Part shown: in pieces, positions 40,750-52,647 of the stretch
Numbering within the stretch: the stretch's first letter is position 1
How the letters are laid out: each line of letters begins with the position of its first letter
Assembly (NCBI RefSeq): GCF_000002075.1
Contig: NW_004797286.1
Coordinates: forward strand, 2,674,087 to 2,738,071
Reading direction: 5' to 3'
Source of the DNA: Aplysia californica
Taxonomy: Eukaryota
Length of the DNA: 63,985 nt
The notes under the pieces: generated by a model
Database searches by the model: none
The model's input: only the letters and a program-made list of their open reading frames with translations
What the model was told of the DNA's origin: nothing
Made by a program: the position numbers and the translations under genes

Positions 40750-41262
40750 AAGATCAACTTCCGCCAAGAAACGAAACTAGACACGTTTTCATAGTATCAG
40801 TGTTTTTGTCAACTTTCTGTTTCTGTCTCGACCTTTTTGTGTATCGATGAGATTTGATATCAGATAGGGATACATTAGTTGCTTTTTTTTAGCAGAGAAA
40901 TTCTGGATTTTGAACTGGTGAAGTCTTTTCGCCGCCATTGCTTTCATTCTGTGTGACTCTTCTCATCATATTCATCTGGAATTGTTGATATGAGATAGAA
41001 TAGAGGCCATCATAGACATTTCATTAGACTCTAGTCATACTCTGCTGTTCGTCTCGAGATTAGATCTAAAATCTAGATCTAGATCTAGATCTAGATCTAC
41101 TCTCAAATTTATTATAATTACTCCTGATTTTAGAGATCGACAGGAATTATTATTGGACCCTTCTAGAAATCTAGATCTAGATCTAGATATCTATTTTCCA
41201 TTCTCTAGATTCCAGATGTAAGGCTTTTCATTTTTTGTGAGGACGTCACTGAAACTGAATGG
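40750..41262 (+). promoter_or_regulatory. Candidate B4GALT7 promoter/5'UTR
   Basis: Directly upstream of the ATG. Contains ETS-like ACTTCCG (~40757), YY1-like GCCGCCATT (~40931), CRE-like GACGTCA (41242) and (TAGATC)n arrays. TSS not determinable. Confidence 0.4.
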
Positions 41263-41425
41263 ATGGCCAGGCGAACTTTTGTCTCCAAATTTCGCCTGCT
41301 TCTGCTTGGCGTGATTGTCACTTTCTTGGTAGCTGCTTTTTATGGATTTAGCCTTGTACAGAATGGCTCACTTTTGAATTGCCAATGTTCTTCCACAAAG
41401 ACAAGTCAAGATGTTGGTGTTGAAG
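41263..41425 (+). CDS. B4GALT7: B4GALT7 coding exon 1 (cytoplasmic tail, signal-anchor TM, stem)
   Basis: ATG at 41263 opens MARRTFVSKFRLLLLGVIVTFLVAAFYGFSLVQNGSLLNCQCSSTKTSQDVGVE, i.e. type II membrane topology. Ends GAAG|gtaaag; phase 1 matches exon 2. Not in the ORF track. Confidence 0.85.
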
Positions 41426-41975
41426 GTAAAGTTTCATCATAAAAACTCTGGCTCTTCTATTCTAGAGTCTTGATCTAGATCTAGATTCTAGATCCTGAAA
41501 TCTAGATAGATTCTATTACGCCTTTCATTCTGTTGGTATTGTGAGATTAATGAGGGATGGACAAATAAGTAGAGCCATTGTATTCTTTATCCTTTTAATA
41601 TTTTGAATCACATTCCATTCATCCCACTCAGACTCAGGGTAGTCCTCGCCATTACCGGCATCTAATTAGGTAAGATCTTCAAGATATTATTATATCAATA
41701 ACATCCTGTGTAGTAAATTTATGGTTTCCCATGCAACATATTTTGTCCCAGACTGGCCGGGTTGGGGATAGGGTCTCGCTCAGTGCTGTATGGGTGGCTA
41801 GGCCATGGACAGTGTTACGTGTCACCAGTGTATCGGTGGCTAGGGCTCATACGGTTAAACCATGAAACTGAGTTAAACTTGGGAGGCTATCAAATGTTGG
41901 ATTTTTTTTTTTTATAATATGAATGTCCAACAAAAATATGAACAGATTCCAATGAAGCTCTTCCAACTTTTTCAG

Positions 41976-42159
41976 ATGTCAGGAAAGGTGGTTCCGAGGA
42001 AAAGCCTGATACAGGAGAGGACCACAAGCTTTGTATCCTGGTTCCATTCCGAGACCGTTTTGAAGAGCTTTTGGAATTTGCCCCATTTCTCGGAAAATTC
42101 TTAGAGCGACAGAAAGTTAACCACAAAATTGTGATTATTAATCAGCTTGATAAATACAG
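41976..42159 (+). CDS. B4GALT7: B4GALT7 coding exon 2
   Basis: ttttcag| acceptor; DVRKGGSEEKPDTGEDHKLCILVPFRDRFEELLEFAPFLGKFLERQKVNHKIVIINQLDKYR with the GT7 'VPFR' motif; ends AG|gtaatt, phase 2. An in-frame alternative start at 41946 is possible. Confidence 0.93.
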
Positions 42160-42168
42160 GTAATTAAA

Positions 42169-42631
42169 ATATGTGGCACCATGTGGTGGAATCAGGCACT
42201 CGTCAATTTCTAGGCATATGGGGTTATTGGTATCATCTTCAAGGTTGTTCATTTGCTTTGAAATGCTCTTGGGGGAAAAAATATCCATCTTTTTTTATAA
42301 TAGAAGTTGAGATATTTGCCATTTAGAGGAGGTGAGGGTCATCATCTGGTTTCCAGAGGTAAAAATTATCAAGAAAATCACAAATTGTCGCCAAAGTTTG
42401 CTAACTTCCCTAGCTTAAGAGGCCTTGGAAACCAAAAGAATTAATATTTTGTGCCTTTAATCAATTTTTTTCGGTAAAATCCTCACAGAAATGTGTTTTT
42501 AAATGAACGTAAAAGGTATTGAGTCAATAAAACAAAAATAGAACAAAACTTCCAGGCGGCCAGAAAAACGCTAGTTTCTTTGATTTCGATATTTTGACGA
42601 GGGCCTGATTTCACCACGATGCCTCACATGT
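42169..42631. mobile_element. MITE family M1, in B4GALT7 intron 2
   Basis: TIRs and interior homologous to 61667-62109. Confidence 0.88.
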
Positions 42632-43219
42632 ATTCTTATTTTATAACTTGTAAATTTTTATATATATGCTAAAAATGTTATCATATAGATGTTTGATAAC
42701 TGCTTTCTTGTTTGTTATATATTGACAACATTTTGGAGTGAAGATCCCTCCATGCATGTAAAGCTAAGAGTCAGTGTTTATCCTGGATTACATTGACTTA
42801 AAGGCCTTGGTTCTGGTTCTTAATATAAAATGCAGAAGGTTTTGTTATAGCTCTATGATGCCTGGGCTCAGATTAAAGGTCTTGAGATAGCAAAATCCTC
42901 TTTCACTGCCATGCTCTTTGGAAACAGGCTTCTTTCCTCGGTCCTATTAATGCTACCTTGAATTATTCCACAGTGAATTAAAAAATAATAATCTGGTCTG
43001 TAGCTTACAAATATGTATAGGGAATTCTGTTCTTTCCTGGCACTCCTCTCACCTTATACACTCAGGAGAGGAAAATAGCAATGCACGCCTTTGGCTTATA
43101 ACAGTTAGCAGACAGCAGGTCTGTATCTAAAAATTTTTTAGATGCTCTCGTTATTTTAAGTGTAGCCACTTTTTGATGTTAGTAATCAAAACTGACCTCA
43201 TTTAAATGTTGTTCTGCAG

Positions 43220-43445
43220 GTTCAATCGTGCTTCCCTGATCAATGCTGGATTTCTCCACACACGCCATGACTGTGACTACATTGCCATGCATGATGTGGA
43301 CCTCCTCCCCATGAATGATGAGCTGAGCTACGCCTTCCCTGAGAGTGGGCCGTTCCATGTCGCTGCCCCATGGCTGCATCCGTTGTATCATTACAAAACT
43401 TTTGTAGGAGGAATCTTGTTGCTTCAAAGCAAGCACTTTGAAATG
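43220..43445 (+). CDS. B4GALT7: B4GALT7 coding exon 3
   Basis: ctgcag| acceptor; [11 protein letters not shown]...[11 protein letters not shown] (DxD motif)...[23 protein letters not shown]; ends ATG|gttagt. Confidence 0.97.
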
Positions 43446-43678
43446 GTTAGTTCTAATTATTTCCTGCTTTCGAATTTCTTTGGATTGATGAAAGTAATTT
43501 TGAAATGGTAAAGTAAGTCTGTTTGCAATGTGAGTTGGCTCTGTGTTCTGAGATTAAGATGTTGATTTAACTAGTTTGTTTTATTATGCTATTTTTTTTT
43601 CACCATTTTGCATAGTTGTTACTCACTTGTGAGTAGGGCAAAACGGCAGGCTTAGTTGTATGCTTTGTTAACAAAAAG

Positions 43679-43923
43679 ATTTGTGAGGTGTGCAGACAAA
43701 ATGAGTAACTTCTCAGAATCTAGCTTTATGAAAATTGATACGTCAACTATATAGGTGGAGTTTGCACAATCTATAAGTATGGAATAATAAAAGACTCGGT
43801 AGAATTAAAGAAAATGCCATTTTAATTGAAAATCTATAAATCTGACTCCAGTGTCAATTTTCAGCAGATATCTCCATTCTTAGATTGTGAGAAGTTACTC
43901 ATTTTGTCAACATACCTCACATT
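43679..43923. mobile_element. MITE M2 with TGTGAGG termini, in B4GALT7 intron 3
   Basis: ~44-bp imperfect TIR with core GACAAAATGAGTAACTTCTCA / TGAGAAGTTACTCATTTTGTC. Confidence 0.8.
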
Positions 43924-45111
43924 TGTTAAGTAAAATGTATTGCAGGAGAGCAACTGTGGAGAAAGTAATTTACCCATCGTCTGGAAGGCTTGTATCATGA
44001 CTCATGTTGAAAATGTTTAAGAAGGATAGATATTATGCTTATATGTAGAGTTTACTTACTTGGTTACTTGGTTGGAGAATAGGCATCATTGCAGGTGGCA
44101 CAATGCCATAGTTGCTCCTCCCTCCTCTCCTGTAGAGTTTATCACAACAAAATGGCTGTAAACTATTTGGTTTGGCCATGAAGAAAAAGGGATGTTTGTA
44201 CAAATGAATGTTCCGTTCAAACCCCTTCAAAGTAAGGAAAATGAATGTTTCCGTAGATTTCAAGATTATTAAAAAATTGTTAATGTACACTTTTCTGAAA
44301 ATCAAAATTTTGTAGAATGGAGACTGAGTGACACTTTATGTATGAAAATGAGTTTGAACAAAGTAGATAGAATTCTCTAAACTCTATGTGGTGTACTTAA
44401 AAAACAACAACTGAGACCTATCTTGATTGTAAAAGGGAATAATCTATTGCTTTGATTCTTTTGCGCAGTTCCTATGTTTTGGCTTTTATAAGGTGCATTG
44501 GAGAGACTGATAATCTTTTTAATCATCTGTCTATGTCTATGCACGTATGTGTCATCTATTCTCACATGATGATTTTTTTGTACATGATTGTAAAAAGCCA
44601 AGACATGAGAACGAGTTTACATCTTAAAAATCTCTTATGGGATTATATCTGTATCAGAGGACACAGTTTGACTCTTTTATCTCGTTTTGTGTGTTTTCAT
44701 ATCACTAAGAGCATTTTTTAAATGTAAAGTAAATTGTTGTTGTCTGAGTTACAATATGCCATGGCATGGAAAAACATTATATTATTATGAACTGTTGAAA
44801 TGTTACAAAAACTATTTTTGGATTTCCTTGGCAGATAGTTTCTCTGTGCTACCCCAGAATGTTGCATTTTTGTCAATGGGCTTACCATAATGTATGATAC
44901 AACATATGCTCATATGTGCCTAGTTTCTCTATATTGGGCTTGCTGTGTGGTACCATTACGATCATCAGCGGTGTTTTCTCTCACTTGTTTTCCATTTTAC
45001 TGAAACAGCAAAACTCACTCAATAATACAATATTAGTGTCTGGACAAGACTTACTGCAATGACTTAAGTCCTCTTATAAAGCTCATCTCTCTTTTTAAAA
45101 ATTTGAAACAG

Positions 45112-45195
45112 CTGAACGGATTATCCAACAAGTACTGGGGCTGGGGAAGGGAGGATGATGAGTTCTTTGTCCGTATGAGGAAGGCAAAATTGCAG
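45112..45195 (+). CDS. B4GALT7: B4GALT7 coding exon 4
   Basis: aaacag| acceptor; LNGLSNKYWGWGREDDEFFVRMRKAKLQ carries the B4GALT7-type WGWGREDDE catalytic motif; ends CAG|gttggt. Confidence 0.97.
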
Positions 45196-45757
45196 GTTGG
45201 TGTTCATTAAATATTTGTGTATTTTTGTGTGTATATATTTATTTATCTGTCTGTCAGCATGTTTTAATAACATGTCATTTTTATGTACATCTGAAATATA
45301 GTTTTAAAAGATTTCCTGGTGATGAAAGGGATTAGATGTAAATAAGATATTCTGATGGACTCTTCCACCTTTCAGTCCCATTTGGTTCCTGCACAGGGTC
45401 AGATTAAAGTTTCAGGCCAGTAAAATTTTGTTTTGATCTTGTGTACCAAATTACTGACCATCCTTTTGCACAATATCATTGAGAATTGCTGTGAATATTA
45501 GCTACAACACATTCTAGCTCGCACTGAGGGAGCTCCTAGTTCAGAATGTTAGGACATATTTTTCTGTTTAGCAATGAACCCATTTTACTTTGTATTTCTG
45601 CTCCAATTTGACCTCTTGAGCCTTAATTGAAAACTATTTCACCCCTTAATATCAATGGAAACAAATCGATAGAAAAAAATTATTTCTGTCATTTATGAAA
45701 GTGCCAGTTAGTAGTTGGTGCAAAGATGGTTTTAAATTATCTATTCTTTGGTCCCAG

Positions 45758-45862
45758 CTGAGCAGACCAGGCAATTTGACCACCGGCTACAAATCCTTTA
45801 GACATGTCCATGACAGGAGAAAAAGACCACGAGACAGCCACAAGTATTATGATCAGTGGGAG
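45758..45862 (+). CDS. B4GALT7: B4GALT7 coding exon 5
   Basis: tcccag| acceptor; LSRPGNLTTGYKSFRHVHDRRKRPRDSHKYYDQWE (FRHxHD metal-binding loop); ends GAG|gtaggt. Confidence 0.95.
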
Positions 45863-46579
45863 GTAGGTGAACTTGTTAGTTCTTTTTTGTTTTGTAGTCT
45901 TGTGCTATCCAGCTTAAAGTCTCACATGCCTTCACATTTCTTAATCGATTCCTTGACCTTTTTATTGTTGTGCTTTATTTAGTTGTCTGTTGCTATTGGA
46001 AAAATTGTGTGTTGGACTGTGTCTAATTGAGTGTGTTCACTATAATCTCTCAGGCAGTTGTTTAATAATGCTTCTACCATACATTCCTTGTTTCTATTCT
46101 GCACAGCTTATTGATTTTGTCCTGTTCAATTACATTGATGCATTTTGTCTTAGCCAACCTTTCTGTCTTTGGAAAATGAGAAATGTTCACATCTCTCGGG
46201 ATCATCGGCGATTTAGTCCTTTTTATTTTTAGGTGAAATATATTCAATACCCATAGAGTCAACTGATTATGTTCATCGTTTTCCTGTGTAGCTCTACACT
46301 GCACTTGTAAAGTAGCCTGTTTTAATATCTCAGAGAGCCTTAAGTTTAGTTGTAGAGTCTGATCTTCTTGTAGATAGCCATCTGCTCCTTAAAACTCATA
46401 AATAATTTTTGTTTTCAATGTGTCATCATAATCTAGCTCCTGGTCTAGGGGGGCTGAGGCTGTTATTGTGCCTTCTCACTGTAAGCTACAACTCAGCAGT
46501 AGCAGCTCCAATATATCGTTTTCAAAATTCTTCTTTTATTTTGAAATGGGATACCAACATTAGATTTTATGATTTGCAG

Positions 46580-46743
46580 ATGGTTGGTGGGTGCTCTGAT
46601 GTGGTTTGCGCCTTCTTTCCTAGCAAACATCTATTGTCCTTCTTTTTTTTTGTGTTTGTTACTCTCTTGTAACTCGTCTAATCTTCAGCACTAATATGAC
46701 CTTATTGTGTTGCAAGTTCGGTAAAACTCTTACTTAAACTAAA
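46580..46743 (+). mobile_element. Same truncated retroposon family, in B4GALT7 intron 5
   Basis: Direct sequence similarity. Confidence 0.75.
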
Positions 46744-47384
46744 GAGTTCATGATTTGACTTAATGATTGAAGTTCTTCTAGGATTTCACATTGTTTTGTG
46801 GTAGTGGTCTTACAGCTGGTTACTGAAAATGCTTTGCTTTCATTTGTGTTGTTGTCCCAAAGATCCATGAAGGTTGTTTTCTTTGAATGAAGACTAGTTT
46901 TCTTTTCTGTGTTAATGGTGGTCTGTTGATAGAGATAAATTTCATCAGAGATTTCTCATCTCTCTCTTCTTTTTGCTTCTAGTATCTTTAAGTCCTTTTA
47001 CTTATGCCTAATGACACTAATGTGCACTATCCTTATTGCTTTGTACTACTCAAATGGTCAAAGATAGGAGTTATTTTCTTTCTTCCTTTTCTGTATCATT
47101 TTTTTCCTGAAATAATTAACACTATGATACTGAGTTTTGAAGACTCTGCATTCAGTTACCTGTGGACATATTTTCCATTTTTATGCTGTGCAAATGAAAT
47201 CAACTAAAACGTTTGATTTTTTTCTGAAGACATTATTTCTGTCTTCTGAATCGAGTCATCTAAATTGTCTAAATAGCAATCTAATCGTTTTACCTCCTGT
47301 TCCAGAGCAGTTTAGGGGCGGTATTTTTTCCCCTTGATTTTGTTTTTGTTGCCTGGTTGTGATCTGTTGATATATGAATTGCAG

Positions 47385-47612
47385 AAAACACGGCGCCTGG
47401 ACAAAGAAACGGGTTTGACTACAGTAGAGTACACAGTGGACTCAGTCAGTCAGCTGACCATTGATGACACTGCCGTGACTGTGATGAATGTGTACCTGGA
47501 ATGCAACGTTGACGTCACTCCCTGGTGCCTGCAAGCGGAGGATCATCCATGGTATGAGAAGAGAAAGGAGGCGCAAGCCAAAGCTTCACAAAAACAGCCA
47601 ACACAGACATAA
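47385..47612 (+). CDS. B4GALT7: B4GALT7 terminal coding exon
   Basis: ttgcag| acceptor; KTRRLDKETGLTTVEYTV...NVYLECNVDVTPWC...TQT*. The six exons sum to 990 nt = 329 aa + stop, close to the length of human B4GALT7. Confidence 0.93.
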   Translation, partial: KTRRLDKETGLTTVEYTVDSVSQLTIDDTAVTVMNVYLECNVDVTPWCLQAEDHPWYEKRKEAQAKASQKQPTQT

Positions 47613-49107
47613 GGGCCTCGGTAGAAGTGCAACAGCCACAGCTTCTCGAGAAGATGAAAGAAAAAGAAATGTATACTTACTGCATTACACTAAAATGGTT
47701 GGATTTTAATCAAATCAGTGTTTATGTTGAGGTTTGTTGAAATGGGGAAGTCTCATTTAATGATTGCTCTATTGTCAGTATTTTTGTCCCTAGGATTAAT
47801 AGTGTGTCTGGTAAATGGACTGACAAACTTTAGTGCTTCACATACCCTCCACATACTTAATGATGCTCAGGGATATGAAATGAACTGTATAGAACAGGCT
47901 CTGAACAAAGTGTAGCTTTACAATGGTGATATTTCTTAACATTACAAATTATAGCTCTGCTAAATATACTTATAATTGTTTCTACTTTACATTTAAGTAT
48001 TGGGATCATGTTTTGTGTGTATTTCCTATTTTTATGCTTGACAAAGTAAGTTAATACTGATGAACTTAAGTAATGTGACAGTTGTACCATATGACTCATC
48101 AACTTTTCAGTTTCCAGTCCTGTTGTAGTAGAACGTTTCTTGTAATTTTTTGGAGAAAGTTTGTTGAAGAACAATCTAAAGAAGAGGGTCCAGAAATTAT
48201 AAGAAAGCCATAGAAGCCTTGCTGGCTCACATGATTATGTTGGTTTTTTAGGATTTTATAAATGGAAAGCGAGCCTATTCATCCTGAATAGCCTCCATCA
48301 ACTAGAGAGGAATTTTCAGCCCTGTTGAGAAATAGTTTTCTCTGTATATTTGTGGATGAGATTTCCTTTTTTTTCTTTTGTTTTCTGTGTTTTATTTTCA
48401 CTTGCATATTTACACGTCAAAATAAAATGTGTCATTTTATTCTTGAGCTGTGGTTATGCTAGGTTTTTGTGGAAAATGAGATTAGAAAGTAACGTTGCTG
48501 TGACATTTATGAGTATAAAATGCTTTGGTCTTGAGCCTGATGGGTTAAAAAGAAATATTTCAAGTTTTGAAGAGATTCATTGATATATTATTGCATGGAA
48601 GATAATTATGTAAACACAAAATATTTACTACTGCCATTTATCAGCATTATTTTTATCACTTTGCTTGAGACACATTTTTACCTTTGTTATGTTTTTCCAT
48701 CAGTGTTGTCTATTTTGTGTGAGGTTTTCAATATTTTTTTTTTTTCAAGTATATATACATTTCTCACAAGTTTTTAACCATGTATTGTAAAGAATGATTA
48801 GAAGTATCTGTGCTATCTTCGTTTATATGCAATAGAGCTTGATCAGGCCAATGCTGCCTAGAAATTTCTGGTTGCTATGAGTACATGGAAATGACTGTCT
48901 ACACTTACGTTATCTTGTGTCTCTTTAGGTTTTTAAAAAATGTTTTTGCTTCATCGTTTTTCTATTTTCTTGAAGCTGGCTTTGAATTCTCTCTTCTAGC
49001 TCTTGCAGTCTTCTGTCATCTATATCCTGGTTCTGATGTTCACCTTTCTTGTGGTCATGTCCCTCTTTCAAGCATTTTTGTGTCTTAGAAGAATTGTTCT
49101 GTTTGGA

Positions 49108-49275
49108 GGGGGGGGGGGGGGGGGGGGGCGTGGTCTAGGGTTACGGTGTTTGCCTTTCATTCAAGAGGTCCTGGGTTTGAAACATGACAGCAGCGTAAAA
49201 TTTTCTTCTTTAAAAAATCTTCTTCTTTCAAATTTCCTTCTCTCTAATCATGTTCTGTAGTCTGCTTTCATCTCC
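49108..49275 (+). mobile_element. SINE family B 5' fragment
   Basis: Head matches the 58689 copy (GGTTACGGTGTT...GGTCCTGGGTTTGAAACATGACAG); 3'-truncated. Confidence 0.8.
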
Positions 49276-52199
49276 AGTTATCTTGATCTTAGTGCTGAGA
49301 TTTCTGTTCCACCAAATTTTTTATGATAGATTCCACATGTTGTGGAAATGTTACAAATTCTGATGTTTACCTGTTGATCAGGTTCCTACTGCTGTTGATA
49401 GTGGAACCTAATATGTGAAGTGGTTTACAGCTTCTAGTTTTTAAAATTTCGTATTGTAAATTCTGTTGTTCTGTTGCTTCCCCATAGTAGAAAACTTGTG
49501 TCTTTTTTCTCCTCTCATTTCTTACTAAGTGCTGAGTTCCATGTTTGACATTAGAATAGTAAATATGATGAATCTACTTTTTAAACATTAAGGAGAATTG
49601 TTAGTATTACATGTGTGAGATTGAAAGCTAAGTGAAACAATTACTACAAACGTGTTGAAAATTATAAGCTTATTTCTACTTCTTATAATACCTGAAAAGG
49701 ACAAGGGTACCTCAGAGAATGACTATGCATGTTATTTTACATTTACATGTCTTTGTAATTGAGATTTTGATAACAGTTTCAATAATTTTATATAAACTGG
49801 CGTATGTATGCATCAATACAAACATTTATTGTTTCTAATATGCAATAGGAGAAGAGAGGCCCCTGACCTACTCTGCCTGAAAAAAGCAAAATTCTATTTA
49901 AAGGGATAAAATTGATAGGCATATTTTTATTGATGACTTACTTTCTTGAGCACTGAATTCTATACATTAGATATGCAACAACTTTAAAAGTTCTGATCGG
50001 CAATACTTGTTCTGGTCAGAAAAAAAAAGTAAAGTATCTGCATGTAAAAAATCATCACCTGAAAAAAAATGTGCTTTAATAAAAATGACTTCGTCCTGTT
50101 TCTCTGCTCCCTGAGTAAACATGCAATGTCAGTGAGCAATTTTTTTGTTAGTAACACAGGCCATTTTAACCATGTCAGCAGTGTTAGTCCCCTTTTTTAT
50201 ATTTATTTATTACACACAATGATTCTTATTTTTATCTATATTACATGTTGGGTCTTTTTGTGTGTAGTGTACTAACACGGTGCTCTCTTAGTCTATGCCA
50301 AAATCAAAACAATGAAAACTTGAGGAGTTATTGATTTAGTTTAATGGATCTATTGTTATTCAAGATACTCTCCATTGTTCTGTACACAGTTGAAAAAGTT
50401 GTTTTTCTGTGCTTACTCTTGAAAAAAAAACTGTGCCATTGATCCACAAGTGTCTGGAATGTGCAACGTTTGTTATGTAAAAGTTACCAACGTGTTCCTG
50501 AGAGTCTTCTGCCATTTATAATTTGCATTGTAATTGGGATTTGCCTTTGTTTTTCCTTTGAGAGCTTGAATTTCTGTGTCAGATAAACCATTCATGGTAC
50601 TGGCTCAATTTTGGAACTGAAGGTGAAAGTAGAGAGTGCAAAAGATGAGCTGAGAAATACTATTACCCTGGTCACTCCCTGCTTATCATCATATACCATT
50701 TCCCCTTTCCCATGCTTGACCACATCCACTCACTGCACTGGTTTTGATCTCCAAATACTTGTACTGTGTTTACCTCAATGGAATTTTTTTTTTTCCCTTT
50801 CCGCACAGCTGTCTTCCTATCCTCTAAATGATGTGGGTGAACATTTTCAGCTTCAGCACAAACATTATAAAAGTGTTCATATTTGACCCTGTTGTCTGCC
50901 TATTTTTTCTTTCAATTTTGTCTCGCTTTTTGTCAGAGTATATCTCAGTCTGTGTTGTTGTTTGAATTTTTAAATGGAAATCAAAGAATTTATCAAACAT
51001 TTTCAAACTGAAGCTTCTGTGGGAAGGAGATGACTGACACAGACAAAAAAGTATTATTGCGTCAATGTGTGTTTTGACAATGTGTGTATGAATTTTTACT
51101 TGTGTACAAAGCAGAATTTATTAGTCATTTTTTCTTTAAATTCTGTTGTATAAATATAAACTAAGATCAACCTTTACAGTCCTAAATCAAAATAATGCAA
51201 TGTGATCTTATCCTTAGGTCAGTGCTGCTAAAGGATAAATGCCTTGTGTATAAATATAATATTCTTGTGTTGTTTACGTGACTGAATATAGGGGATAACT
51301 TCTTTTTCTCTGTGTGTAGAAGTGGACAAGTAGAAGAACTGGTTCAAGTTTGTACTTGTACTTCATATTTTTTCCTGCAAATGTCTATTTTTTGCTATGT
51401 TCCTTTGGCTGTGTCAGTTAATTAATTGTTCTGTTGCACATGAACAGTACATTACACTTGTTTACAACAGTGTTTTTCTTTGTGAAGGCTTGTTCTGTGG
51501 GAGATAAAACTAATTTGAAAATCAAATAATGCAATTTCAGTGTCTAATACTATCTTAAGTCAAGGAAGAGATGATTGGTATGTTTCATATCCTTTTGTCT
51601 ATTTGCTGCTTAAGTTGACTTTGATATCTGTCAGTGTTCCTGAAATGGGTAATAAATTGTGCAGTTGTGAAGTGTATGTATAAGCATGATTATTATAGTA
51701 GGCTAAAAATTGTATTAGTATGTTTTAAAATTTTTAAAAAACTCTGAAGCTACTCTTTTCAACGCACCAAATGATGGGTTAATATAAATTTACCCCTTCA
51801 AAACACATTTTTTAAATGTTGGGTTAAATACTGTTAGCACACAGGTAGTTTTAGGATGCCATTGGCAGGTACTACTTTTTTGCTGTTGCCCGTTTTGTCT
51901 ATGTCTCTCCATCCTGCTTCTCCCACCAGTAATTATCAATAACCTGACCATAGGCTTATTTTTTCTCTTCCAGAAAAATAAGCACAGTTTTTTCAGAACT
52001 TTCTATTATTAAACAGTTTCCAAGGCTCATGTAATGAGTCTGCTACTTCTGTCTATGGTCTCGTTACTCTCATGGGAAAGCATAGGGTCTGGTTTTCCCT
52101 CGAGCAATGTAGAATTCCCTTAGTTGACCTGGGACTATTCCTCGACCAAGTGGGGAGGAATAAGTGACCTCCCACTGGCTCCCACCAAGCCATTTATAT

Positions 52200-52647
52200 A
52201 TATGTGTCACGGTGCGGTGGAATCAGGCGTTCGTCAATTTTTGGGCATGTGGAGTTACTAGTATCACCTGAAAGCTTATGTATTTGCTTTGCCTTCATTG
52301 AAACAAATGATCATCTATCTTGAATAGAAGTCAAGATATTAGCAATTGAATGAGGTGGGGTTGACTGGTTTGAGTGATAAGATTAGCGAAAAAATGTCGG
52401 CCAAAATTTGTTAACTTCAATATCTTGAGAGTTCCTGAAAACTAAAAAATTACATATTTTGTACTTTTAATCAACATTTTTCAGTAAAATTCTCATGGAA
52501 ATATGTTTTTATATGACGTGAAAGGTGTTCAGCCAAAAATACAAAAACTCGATAAAAATTGCCAAACTGGTAGTTGGTAGAAAAATGCCTGTTCCTTCGA
52601 TTTATTATTTTGACGAACGCCTGATTTCACCATGATGTCTCACATAT
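52200..52647. mobile_element. MITE family M1
   Basis: TIRs GGAATCAGGCGTTCGTCAA / TTGACGAACGCCTGATTTC; homologous interior. Confidence 0.88.
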
